A stretch of DNA of 32,000 nt from Cylindrospermopsis raciborskii Cr2010 (GTDB lineage: Bacteria; Cyanobacteriota; Cyanobacteriia; Cyanobacteriales; Nostocaceae). The notes beneath the pieces are model-generated. The model worked only from the letters and a program-made list of their open reading frames with translations. It was not told where the DNA came from and searched no databases. Below, piece by piece: positions 1-8,496 of this stretch. Every line of letters begins with the position of its first letter. Position 1 is the stretch's first letter. Where the stretch lies: NCBI RefSeq assembly GCF_003367075.2, contig NZ_CP065936.1:3725846-3757845 (forward strand). The letters run 5' to 3'. The translations under genes were made by a program, and so were the position numbers.

Positions 1-405
1 GAAAAAGTGGCACAACAATCGACCAGTTCTGGTGAGAATGTCCAGGGAGATATACTACGAAAGTTAGTAGGTAATAATTTGGATTTAATCACTGGGCAAA
101 TAGTCAGTTTAGCAGCATCAAATGGAGATGAGTTAGCAAAATCGGTTTTATATACAGCAGCTTGGGCTTTAGGAGTAGGTATTGGCAATGTGGCTAACTT
201 GATCAATCCCCAGAGATTTATCTTGGGGGGTGGGGTTACAAAAGCAGGGGATAGTTTTTGGACCATTGTGAGAAAAACAGCCCATCAAACTGCTTTACCA
301 GAGGTGAATTTCGAGATTGTGCGAGCGGTTTTAGGAGATGATGCTCCATTGTGGGGAGCGGTAGCTTTGGGTTTAGATATTGGCTATTCTGGATACAGAA
401 TCTGA
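1..405 (+). CDS. ROK family sugar kinase (glucokinase-like), C-terminal fragment; the 5' end lies outside the window
   Basis: Frame 1 is open from the window edge to the stop at 403-405. The C-terminal sequence is ROK-type: NPQRFILGGGVTKAG ... LGDDAPLWGAVALG. Confidence 0.7.
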   Translation, partial: EKVAQQSTSSGENVQGDILRKLVGNNLDLITGQIVSLAASNGDELAKSVLYTAAWALGVGIGNVANLINPQRFILGGGVTKAGDSFWTIVRKTAHQTALPEVNFEIVRAVLGDDAPLWGAVALGLDIGYSGYRI

Positions 406-510
406 TTAAATGAGATATTATTAAATTATATTATATAGATTACAAATCCATAGAAATTGTGTAAATCCTGAACAGCTCTACAAACTCCAAAATGATTCCA
501 CAGGATAAAC

Positions 511-1260
511 ATGACCATTCCTTTACTACAATATTCTCCATCCAGTCAAAACCAAAGAGTAAAAAGTTTTGAAATTCCTGGAGATGAAAATCCGCCAGTT
601 TACACCATGGAAGGTAGTCCTTCTATCCCAGAGGTTAATGAATTAATTTGGGCTGCTTATCGGCAAATTTTTAATGAGCAGCAAATTTTGAGGAGTAATC
701 GTCAGTTAACCCTGGAGTCCCAATTAAAACACAATAGCATTAGCGTCAGAGATTTTATTAGAGGACTATTGTTATCAGAGACCTTTCGTTTACGGAACTA
801 CGACACGAACAATAATTATCGCTTCGTAGAAATGTGTATCCAGAGAGTGTTGGGAAGAAACGTCTACAGTAAACAAGAAACCATGGCTTGGTCAATAATT
901 TTGGGAACAAAAGGAAGACAAGGTTTCATTGATGCACTGCTCAATAGTGAGGAATATGAAAGTAATTTTGGTGATTATACAGTTCCCTATCATCGGCGAA
1001 GAGTAATTGCCCAACATAGTATGGGAGAATTACCTTTTAGCCAATTTCCCCGTTATGATCAGTATTATCGTCAACAACTAGAGAATTTGGGTTATTTCCA
1101 AAATAAAGCGCCTCTAAGCTATCTATGGAAATGGCAACAACCTCCTTACCATCCAATTTATCTAGTCTTATCATCAGGCTTTGGAATATTAGGAAATCTG
1201 TTGATTTTAGCTGGGACAATTTATGTGATTCTCACTTATTATGGTCTAGTTAATTTTTAA
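511..1260 (+). CDS. cpcL: Phycobilisome rod-core linker of the CpcG family, CpcL (CpcG2-type) variant with a C-terminal membrane anchor
   Basis: The N-terminus MTIPLLQYSPSSQNQRV and the PBS-linker domain (AAYRQIFNEQQIL, VRDFIRGLLLSETFR, YRFVEMCIQRVLGR, FIDALLNSEEY) are typical of CpcG. The last ~35 residues are hydrophobic (IYLVLSSGFGILGNLLILAGTIYVILTYYGLV), as in CpcL. Confidence 0.8.
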   Translation: MTIPLLQYSPSSQNQRVKSFEIPGDENPPVYTMEGSPSIPEVNELIWAAYRQIFNEQQILRSNRQLTLESQLKHNSISVRDFIRGLLLSETFRLRNYDTNNNYRFVEMCIQRVLGRNVYSKQETMAWSIILGTKGRQGFIDALLNSEEYESNFGDYTVPYHRRRVIAQHSMGELPFSQFPRYDQYYRQQLENLGYFQNKAPLSYLWKWQQPPYHPIYLVLSSGFGILGNLLILAGTIYVILTYYGLVNF

Positions 1261-1269
1261 ATACATAAC

Positions 1270-1307
1270 TTAGCCAGAATTCTATTGGGTTTCAGGATTT
1301 TGGCTAA
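1270..1307. terminator. Possible bidirectional hairpin between the convergent cpcL and channel genes
   Basis: TTAGCCAGAAT (1270-1280) pairs with ATTTTGGCTAA (1297-1307). That gives an 11-bp stem with one mismatch and a 16-nt loop. There is no clear U-tract. Confidence 0.3.
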
Positions 1308-1339
1308 GGTATTGAGGAAATGGGGATTTTTATCAAGCA

Positions 1340-3025
1340 CTAACCCACCATTTCCTGTTCCTCACGCCATAACTGATATAACCGATTGGCTGGAATTGTT
1401 AAATATAAAATGTCCCCCGGACTTAAATTAGTTTCTAACAAATCCCAACCATGTAGGGTTTGATTATTGGTTTCTACATATAAAGGCACAAAATCCGCAT
1501 ATCTAGCTACGTCCTTTACCCACTGACCACAAAAGGGGTGATTAGGACTAATCAATGTTGCAAAGGCTACCCATAAGTTATCACCTATAATACCATTGCC
1601 AATAATTCTTCCCCCCAATGCAGCAGCAGCAAATGCTGGCGCTGCTAATTCTGCAGGACTTAATACTGCTTCAAAACCAAATACTTGTTTGGCCATTCCC
1701 GCAAAATCAGGGTCAGCATAATTCACCACTACGGGAATTTTTGGGGCTAAACCTTTAGCTTTTAAGGCAATTTCTAAATTGATTGCATCGTTATTAGTTA
1801 CCGCTAAAACTGCATTTGCTGTATCTATATTACTAGTTTGTAAGGTTGTCCGAAAACTGGCATCCGCTAATATCACCGGAATGCCCATTCCCCTAGCTGT
1901 GCTTACATATTTATTATGAGTATCAGTTTCAATTACTACTACTTCATTACCACTGGCATTTAATTGCTGCACAATTTTAATCCCAATCCCACTTAAACCA
2001 CAAACAATATAATGGTGTCTTTGAGGAATTCTCGCTGCATCCCAAAATTGTTTCAGACGACTTCCTAAGACGAAATCTGTTAACATGGCATACCAAAGAC
2101 CAAATACCACTGCTCCTGCTAACATCATAACAATTGTGAATACTTTAATGCTGTTTGGTGCTGCTTCCACAACTTTATCATTACCACCCGCACCTGTAAT
2201 CATCCCTACAGCAAAATATAAGGCATCCACAAATGAAATATTTAATTTGGCATATACATAAGTAAGTGTGGCAATTAAAATGATTATAAATAATACTATT
2301 GCCATGGCAATTACTGATTGGGCATGCTTCTGAAAATGCCTAATACTGGTGAGGATTTTAATTATTTTCCTAGCCCATGATTTGCGTGTGTAACTGACCC
2401 GTGGTTGAATACCAATAATCAGGCGATCGCCCATTTTTAAACGTTGTTCTGATAATACTGCGGATACCAAATTCATTTTTCCCGTGGTTGGTAAATAATA
2501 AATCAGCATTCGTGTTTTTTCTTCCCATAGGTCACTAATTTTTTTTCCTTGCCATGGATGATTGTCATCAATATATTCCTCATGAATTGGCCAGGTTTGA
2601 TCAAATAATTTAATTTCTCCTATAGCTTTATTTCCTAAAGCAGCAAAGGTAAATACGGGTGCTGCTAGACCTACAACACTCATACTCAGATGATCTATCA
2701 GGGTATGATCTAAACGTTCTCCTAAATTAGTATTATAAAATCGGTTAATAATGCGAATATTAGGATTTAGTACCCGAGCTTGCATCATAACTGATAAATT
2801 TATACCATCATCAGCTGTGGCAATTACTAGAGTATGTGCCTGTTCAACTCCTGCTGCTTGTAGGGTAGAAGCTGCACATAGCTCTCCAATAATCACATCT
2901 CCTGTAGTTTCCCCTGCAATGGGTCTACGATGAATACCAACAACTAGGGCGCCCTGTTGTCTCAGTAGACGAAAGATCTTATAACCAGTTCGACCTAATC
3001 CACAAACAATAATTCGAGGTTTCAT
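1340..3025 (-). CDS. Two-TM ion channel flanked by two RCK/TrkA-N NAD-binding domains (potassium channel family protein)
   Basis: Two Rossmann GxGxxG motifs are present: IIVCGLGRTGYKI at the N-terminus and YIVCGLSGIGIKI after the pore. The layout is TM1, pore helix, filter-like MITGAGGND, then TM2 at residues ~237-320. Confidence 0.75.
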   Translation of the reverse strand: MKPRIIVCGLGRTGYKIFRLLRQQGALVVGIHRRPIAGETTGDVIIGELCAASTLQAAGVEQAHTLVIATADDGINLSVMMQARVLNPNIRIINRFYNTNLGERLDHTLIDHLSMSVVGLAAPVFTFAALGNKAIGEIKLFDQTWPIHEEYIDDNHPWQGKKISDLWEEKTRMLIYYLPTTGKMNLVSAVLSEQRLKMGDRLIIGIQPRVSYTRKSWARKIIKILTSIRHFQKHAQSVIAMAIVLFIIILIATLTYVYAKLNISFVDALYFAVGMITGAGGNDKVVEAAPNSIKVFTIVMMLAGAVVFGLWYAMLTDFVLGSRLKQFWDAARIPQRHHYIVCGLSGIGIKIVQQLNASGNEVVVIETDTHNKYVSTARGMGIPVILADASFRTTLQTSNIDTANAVLAVTNNDAINLEIALKAKGLAPKIPVVVNYADPDFAGMAKQVFGFEAVLSPAELAAPAFAAAALGGRIIGNGIIGDNLWVAFATLISPNHPFCGQWVKDVARYADFVPLYVETNNQTLHGWDLLETNLSPGDILYLTIPANRLYQLWREEQEMVG

Positions 3026-3048
3026 GAAATATCAGCACAATTGTCACT

Positions 3049-3076
3049 AATACTCTGTATTTAATACTCTGTATTT
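3049..3076. repeat. Perfect tandem duplication of the 14-bp unit AATACTCTGTATTT
   Basis: Positions 3049-3062 and 3063-3076 are identical. The repeat lies in the spacer upstream of the channel gene start. Confidence 0.9.
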
Positions 3077-3194
3077 ATTTGTATTTATAATTGATTTCTC
3101 CCAATATAACTGTATCTCCACATACGGTATAGAATACTGGGAGATTAAATATTTCAGAATAGACCCATTGTTAATAAACGACTTAACAAATGAA

Positions 3195-4793
3195 TTAATA
3201 ACCAAAACTATCCTCAGCTATGGGAAAAGCATAGTTAGAGAATAGGGAGTAATGATTAATTTCATTATTGGTTTCTTGGTCGAGCACATGAATAACCCGA
3301 TTATGAATTTCTTCTGCTTGTTCAGGGGAATTGCCAATGCTAGTTAAACCTAGTTTGCCAAACTGAGAAATACAACCCATCAGATGAAATACAGTTCCTG
3401 TTTCTGTTCCACTCTCAAAATGTAATCGGTGATGGGCAATAATATCCATTAAGTCACTGGGTAATAGCCCACGGTAGGAGTCTTTTTGTAAATTGTCCGT
3501 AGCAACATAATATTTAGGTTTTCCTTGCTGACTGTAAAATAACCCGGTGGATAAATCATAGCTCCCATTGGTTAATAACTTTAAAGTCATAAAGGGGTGA
3601 GTAGTACCGCCTTTACGTAAATTAATTTCAATAGCTTGGATATCCCATTTACCATTACCTTGATCCACTACTACAAAATCCACGCCAAATCTTTCCAATG
3701 CTCCTTTTTCTGCCAGTTTTTTGCCTACAGCTAAACCAATATCTTGTAATTCTACTCTATAATTCTCATTAGCTGGAAACCGACACCCTAGATAAATTTG
3801 TCCATCCGGACCACCTAGAATTTGATCATGGGTGGAAAGTATTTCTACTGTCCCATCGGGGGTGATTCTTCCCTGCACACTGGGAGAATATTTGATTTCA
3901 CCTTCTATAAATGATTCGGCGATCGCTCCCATTTCTAAAATAAGTTGAGAGAAGGTTATCCAATTTTCTTGTTGAGCTTGAAAACGTAGATTGACAAAGC
4001 TTTTTTCAATGGCTTCTGCTCTTTCAACATGGTTGGTTTTACCGGGAGCAAAATCTCTTAAAGGAAACAAATTTAAGATGGCATTTCCCTTTCCAGATAT
4101 ACCCTGGTTTAGTTTGACAACTATTTTTTTTAAATGTGGTTGACGTTCCCACAACTTAGCCACTTCCCTGGCCAGCTCTTTTGCATTCCAGACCAACTTA
4201 CTACCATCTGGATGAGGTACACCAGTTTGGGCAAAAATTTCTCGACTACCACTTTTTGTTCCCCAAATCTGTAAATCTGGCGCAGCAGCATACAGAGGTA
4301 TATTCAGTTTTAGAGATAACTCTGCTTCCCAAAATGTGGAGTTATAACAACTTATAAAAGCTTTATCTACCTGTAATGCTTGGCGTATTCTTTCTATTAA
4401 TCGGGGGCGTTCTAAGATTTTTTGACTGAGCGGTTTTAAAGAAGAATCGTAGGTAGAAAGCATTAATAGACGATGGCGAGCATGGGAAAAAGGAATTCCC
4501 GGTAGCAATTGTAAATAATAGTCAATAATGCTAGGATGTATGGGCATTGATGTGACATAAATTAATCTATTTCGGGGGTTGCGCAAACGAATGAGAGAAA
4601 ATAGTAATCTTTCTTCATAATGCTCGCAACCTTGAACTTTTTCTAGTTCTCGCTGATCAATACTCAAGGAAGGTATGATTAAAATATCAGTCTCACTATT
4701 GTCAAATATCTCACTGGGTTTCCATCGCTCCCCTAGGGTTGATTGTAAACTACGAAATTGTTCAATTCCTGGTAATATATCTTTCTCAGTCAT
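3195..4793 (-). CDS. ATP-grasp family carboxylate-amine/peptide ligase-like protein (PGM1-like), function unknown
   Basis: The C-terminal half has ATP-grasp hallmarks: VVKLNQGISGKGN, SFIEGE, FGVDFVV ... IQAIEINLRKGGTTHP. The ORF is long and uninterrupted at 532 aa. Confidence 0.6.
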   Translation of the reverse strand: MTEKDILPGIEQFRSLQSTLGERWKPSEIFDNSETDILIIPSLSIDQRELEKVQGCEHYEERLLFSLIRLRNPRNRLIYVTSMPIHPSIIDYYLQLLPGIPFSHARHRLLMLSTYDSSLKPLSQKILERPRLIERIRQALQVDKAFISCYNSTFWEAELSLKLNIPLYAAAPDLQIWGTKSGSREIFAQTGVPHPDGSKLVWNAKELAREVAKLWERQPHLKKIVVKLNQGISGKGNAILNLFPLRDFAPGKTNHVERAEAIEKSFVNLRFQAQQENWITFSQLILEMGAIAESFIEGEIKYSPSVQGRITPDGTVEILSTHDQILGGPDGQIYLGCRFPANENYRVELQDIGLAVGKKLAEKGALERFGVDFVVVDQGNGKWDIQAIEINLRKGGTTHPFMTLKLLTNGSYDLSTGLFYSQQGKPKYYVATDNLQKDSYRGLLPSDLMDIIAHHRLHFESGTETGTVFHLMGCISQFGKLGLTSIGNSPEQAEEIHNRVIHVLDQETNNEINHYSLFSNYAFPIAEDSFGY

Positions 4794-5234
4794 ATTTTTT
4801 CTCCCTAATATATACTAGTTAATATATATCCCAGGTAAGACTCTTTTGGCTGATTTTATCTGTATATTTTTGTAAATTTTTTTAGCTATAAATTGATTGA
4901 GAAAAGTCAATTATTAAATCAGTTATCAGTATATTGAATTAGCTATGCCCAATAGATATCTAATCTATATCTGAAGAGTGATAAAATCAGGTTTTTTTTT
5001 ACTTCCGATGCACGATAAATAACCAAGAATTAACAGTTAAATTAAGAGCAGATAAACGGGATCAAGCCTTCATGATCAGTGATTATCTAATGGTTAGAAA
5101 TAATTGGATTAAGAGCCTATGAAGGGATGGTTACGCTCATTTATGGACGAATATGTTACTAACTGAGTGTACCAATATCCAATCATCAAGTCTCAAGTTG
5201 TTAACAGCTCCCAGGAACGAAAGCAGAAAATAAG

Positions 5235-5272
5235 TTTCTCAAAATGAGTTTTTAAAAACTTGTTTTGAGAAA
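5235..5272 (-). terminator. Probable Rho-independent terminator downstream of the pyruvate-kinase-like gene
   Basis: TTTCTCAAAA (5235-5244) pairs perfectly with TTTTGAGAAA (5263-5272), and inner GTTTTT/AAAAAC pairs extend the stem. On the minus strand the hairpin is followed by CTTATTTTCTGCTT. It lies 37 nt past the stop codon. Confidence 0.5.
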
Positions 5273-5308
5273 TTTACCTATAGATACTTAAAACCTATTT
5301 CTTATCAA

Positions 5309-6853
5309 TTAAATGGTGTCGTCCCCTGAAGCAGAAAAGTTCTCCCAGGAACGCAGGGCCCGCAATTGGGGGGTTTTCTTTAATTGATGGGCTTCCATCC
5401 TAGTAAGCACATCATCTAAGATGGTGACAGCTTGGGTAATAAATGGTCCCTTATTCAACATAACACATTCAGCTCTTTCGGCCATAGCTGCATCTGTCAT
5501 TTCTCCACGAGATGGGGCACCTTCCTTGACTAAACTCTCTAATACCTGAGTTGCCCAAATCACTGGAACGTGCGCAGCTTCACACAACCACAGAATTTCT
5601 TCTTGTATCTCTGCTAATCTTTGATAGCCAATTTCTACCGCTAGATCCCCCCTAGCAATCATTACTCCAAAGGGGTGTTTCCCCGCTGCATGAACAATTA
5701 GTTCGGGTAGGTTAGTAACTGCTACAGCGGTTTCAATCTTGGCAATAATCGCTGGATGTTCTCCCTGCAAGCATCTTTGCGCCAGTTCGCTTTGTAATAG
5801 TTGGATATCTGTTGTTTGTTGGACAAAGGAATAACCAATAATGTCCGCATGGGTAGCTAGGAAGTCTAAATCAGTTAGATCCTTTGGTGTGAGCGGAATT
5901 AGGGGTAATACTATGTTGGGAAAATTTAGTCCCTTTTCTGGAGATAGCTTCACTCCCTTGGGTTTAGCATGGGTCACCTCCAATAAAAACCCAGAACTAC
6001 CATCTGGTAAAGGATAATCTTGATCAACTACCCGAGTACGTAATTTACCATCGTCAATATAAACTAAGGTGCCCACTGTTAGTAAGTCCAGAATTTCTGG
6101 TACTGTACAACTAATGTGAATATTATCTATAGGATCTGCGATCGCTTGGTTAGATAAACTACGACACAAAACAATTAAATCTCCTCGGAAGACGCGATTT
6201 TTACCTGCAGGGGCTAAAACTATTTCGGTGCGAATTTTTGGACCACCTAAATCCATCATCACTGTACATTGAGATGAAAGTTCTTGTTCAGCTTGACGAA
6301 TGTTCTGAATCATCTTTTCCCAAATAATAGGATTGTCATGGGCGCAGTTTATTCTTAAACAAGTTGCACCTCGCTCAATTATCTCCCGCACCATTTCATA
6401 TTCACTAGCAGCTTCTGTGGGTAGGGTGACCATAATTCTCACCCGACGATGGGGTAACGCTGGACCAAATAAGCACTCTGTCTGTTCTCTTAACCTATTC
6501 TCTCCCTCAAAAAAAGATGTGAGAACAGGACGAGTAACAGGAGCAGGAATGGGAACTTCGCAAATTAATGCTAGAGTAGCAATAACCGCATCTAGATTAG
6601 CCATCACCCTTGCTTCTATACGACCCAAAGAAGATAAACCCCAAGGCATAAGAGCAGCTTGCAAAGGACGCAGGTCGTGTCTCCGCAGGGCTAAATACTG
6701 GGCTAGGTTGAGGGCGCTAGGGAGAAATTGGGAACGCTGGATGTGCGATCGCCATTGGTCAAAAATAGCTTTCCCATCTCTTTCTACTGCTTCTCGAAGG
6801 TTGAGCAAGCTATCTAATAAGATGGGTGGACTTGAGAGATCTGTAATATTCAT
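5309..6853 (-). CDS. Pyruvate kinase-like protein, divergent: N-terminal extension and no C-terminal allosteric domain
   Basis: PK barrel motifs are recognisable but altered: RVRIMVTLP, LRINCAHD, MMDLGGPKIRT, AKIET, VMIARGDLAVEIG, ATQVLESL, PSRGEMTDAA, CVMLNKGP. Confidence 0.7.
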   Translation of the reverse strand: MNITDLSSPPILLDSLLNLREAVERDGKAIFDQWRSHIQRSQFLPSALNLAQYLALRRHDLRPLQAALMPWGLSSLGRIEARVMANLDAVIATLALICEVPIPAPVTRPVLTSFFEGENRLREQTECLFGPALPHRRVRIMVTLPTEAASEYEMVREIIERGATCLRINCAHDNPIIWEKMIQNIRQAEQELSSQCTVMMDLGGPKIRTEIVLAPAGKNRVFRGDLIVLCRSLSNQAIADPIDNIHISCTVPEILDLLTVGTLVYIDDGKLRTRVVDQDYPLPDGSSGFLLEVTHAKPKGVKLSPEKGLNFPNIVLPLIPLTPKDLTDLDFLATHADIIGYSFVQQTTDIQLLQSELAQRCLQGEHPAIIAKIETAVAVTNLPELIVHAAGKHPFGVMIARGDLAVEIGYQRLAEIQEEILWLCEAAHVPVIWATQVLESLVKEGAPSRGEMTDAAMAERAECVMLNKGPFITQAVTILDDVLTRMEAHQLKKTPQLRALRSWENFSASGDDTI

Positions 6854-6941
6854 GATCCTGGTTCACCTGAAGCAGTTCGCTACCGTAACCAATGATAATC
6901 TGGTTTTGTACAAACCGCTTTATCTTCATCCATTGGACACT

Positions 6942-7580
6942 ATGGCACTCAACTTATATCTGCTACGGCATGGCGAAACAAATTTTAGTCAAAGTGGCAA
7001 TTTCTGTGGTGAAACGGATGCACAATTGACACCGGAAGGAAACCAGATGGCTCATAGTTTTGCTGATGTTTATAAAAATTTATTTTGGGAAGCTGTTTAT
7101 GTGAGTCCTATGAAACGAACCATTGCTACAGCTCAACCTTTTTGTGATGCAACTGGTCTAAATATGCAGTTAAGAACTGGTATCCGAGAAGGTAGTTATG
7201 GAGAATGGGAAACCAAAAGCAAGTCCTTTGTTCAGGAAAATTATACTGAAAACTATATTAAATGGTTGACGGAGTCCGCATGGAATGCACCTCAAGGAGG
7301 AGAAACAGCTGTAGAAATTGCTAACCGATCTATTCCCGTAATTAGGGAAATTAAAGAAAAACACCATCAGGGTAATGTTTTGCTGGTCTCCCATAAGGCT
7401 ACGATTCGGATTATACTTTGCAGTCTACTGGGAATTGATTTAGGATGCTACAGATATCGTATTAATATTTTGGTAGCATCACTTAGCATGGTTAGGTTTG
7501 ATGTTAATGGTCCTATGTTAGAAATGTTGGGCGATCGCAATCACATACCAGAACATCTCCGTCTCCGTCCGGGAACCTAA
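6942..7580 (+). CDS. Histidine phosphatase family protein (phosphoglycerate-mutase-like)
   Basis: The protein starts MALNLYLLRHGETNFSQSG, which carries the RHG catalytic motif, and has LVSHKATIR later. I chose the ATG at 6942 because the upstream part of ORF 6333-7580 is antisense to the pyk-like gene. Confidence 0.8.
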   Translation: MALNLYLLRHGETNFSQSGNFCGETDAQLTPEGNQMAHSFADVYKNLFWEAVYVSPMKRTIATAQPFCDATGLNMQLRTGIREGSYGEWETKSKSFVQENYTENYIKWLTESAWNAPQGGETAVEIANRSIPVIREIKEKHHQGNVLLVSHKATIRIILCSLLGIDLGCYRYRINILVASLSMVRFDVNGPMLEMLGDRNHIPEHLRLRPGT

Positions 7581-7604
7581 TGGAGCAGAAGATTGGTATG
7601 AAGA

Positions 7605-8033
7605 TTATGATGCTGCTCCCTTTTTATGCTTTACTTCTACCACCATATGTACGTTACCACGAGGATTAAAATCAGCTTTTACAGTCATTTCTAAGGGTGC
7701 ACAGGCAATAACCAGATCATCTAATATTTGATTGGTCACTTCCTCGTGGGAAATGTACTTGTCCCGGTAGCTGTTAATATATAACTTTAACGCTTTTAAC
7801 TCTACTACTCTTTGGTCTGGTATGTAGGCAATATGAATCGTGGCAAAGTCGGGATAACCGGAAAAAGGACATTTACAGGTAAATTCAGGTAAGGTAATAT
7901 CAATTGTGTATTCCCTACCTACGCGAGGATTGGGAAAGGTAATTAGTTTGCCCTCTTCGATTTCTCGCTCACCATATTTTACTTCTTTAACGGGGTCTTC
8001 ACTTGGTAGAATGTTACTGACGGAATGACTCAT
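7605..8033 (-). CDS. queF: NADPH-dependent 7-cyano-7-deazaguanine (preQ0) reductase
   Basis: The size (142 aa) fits a unimodular QueF. The catalytic-Cys region FTCKCPFSGYPDFATI and the QueF motif VELKALKLYINSYR are both present. Confidence 0.9.
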   Translation of the reverse strand: MSHSVSNILPSEDPVKEVKYGEREIEEGKLITFPNPRVGREYTIDITLPEFTCKCPFSGYPDFATIHIAYIPDQRVVELKALKLYINSYRDKYISHEEVTNQILDDLVIACAPLEMTVKADFNPRGNVHMVVEVKHKKGAAS

Positions 8034-8095
8034 AATTATTGGGACTAACTAAAAAGCACATATAAATCATAATGTTTTATGATACAAAAAAATTT

Positions 8096-8455
8096 CTATC
8101 CCCCCCAGTCGGGACACTTTTCCCCATCCCAACCATAGGGATGCATGGCACAAACCAGTAGGTTCCCACCATATACTTCTCCATGATAATTACTACAACC
8201 CACACATGCAGGATTTTTCAGTGAATCAGCTTCCACCTCATATGGGAGGTTAGGATCTTCCAGATCCCAATAGAACCCCACCACCGGTTCTAACAACTCA
8301 CTTAAACACGTACCTGCACTCCCAACCTGTTCGCCAATTTCCTCGGTTAAATCGAAAAGAGTATCCACTATCTCATCGATTTCCTCGAATAGTCTTTCTG
8401 CTTCACCAGATACGGTTAAAACAATATCAAGTAATTCTTCTTGCCACCATGTCAT
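8096..8455 (-). CDS. Hypothetical protein with an acidic helical N-terminal half and a C-terminal four-Cys module
   Basis: The ORF is 119 aa. The C-terminus reads NPACVGCSNYHGEVYGGNLLVCAMHPYGWDGEKCPDW, giving a CxxC...C...C pattern. It is co-oriented with its neighbours and separated by short gaps. Confidence 0.55.
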   Translation of the reverse strand: MTWWQEELLDIVLTVSGEAERLFEEIDEIVDTLFDLTEEIGEQVGSAGTCLSELLEPVVGFYWDLEDPNLPYEVEADSLKNPACVGCSNYHGEVYGGNLLVCAMHPYGWDGEKCPDWGG

Positions 8456-8496
8456 AGGTTTTCATGCAATAGCTAAACCAAATTGCATCTTTATTA

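Noticed and set aside
439-469. HLR1-like half-sites upstream of cpcL (ATTACAAA at 439-446 and TGTAA at 461-465), and a similar one near the yciI start (TTTACAAC at about 9239)
   Set aside because: These are single or poorly matched half-sites without a convincing 10-bp-phased partner. Such matches are expected by chance in AT-rich spacers.
6333-6941. The 5' two hundred codons of the 415-aa + strand ORF 6333-7580
   Set aside because: This part lies entirely antisense to the pyruvate-kinase-like gene and is low-complexity and Arg/Ser-rich. The recognisable histidine-phosphatase sequence begins only at the Met at 6942 (MALNLYLLRHGET).
8034-8095. Possible preQ1 riboswitch upstream of queF, suggested by an A-rich ACUAACUAAAAAG-like string
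   Set aside because: The resemblance is on the + strand, which is antisense to queF. The sense-strand leader lacks the P1 stem, the CCC element and the A-tail arrangement of preQ1-I.
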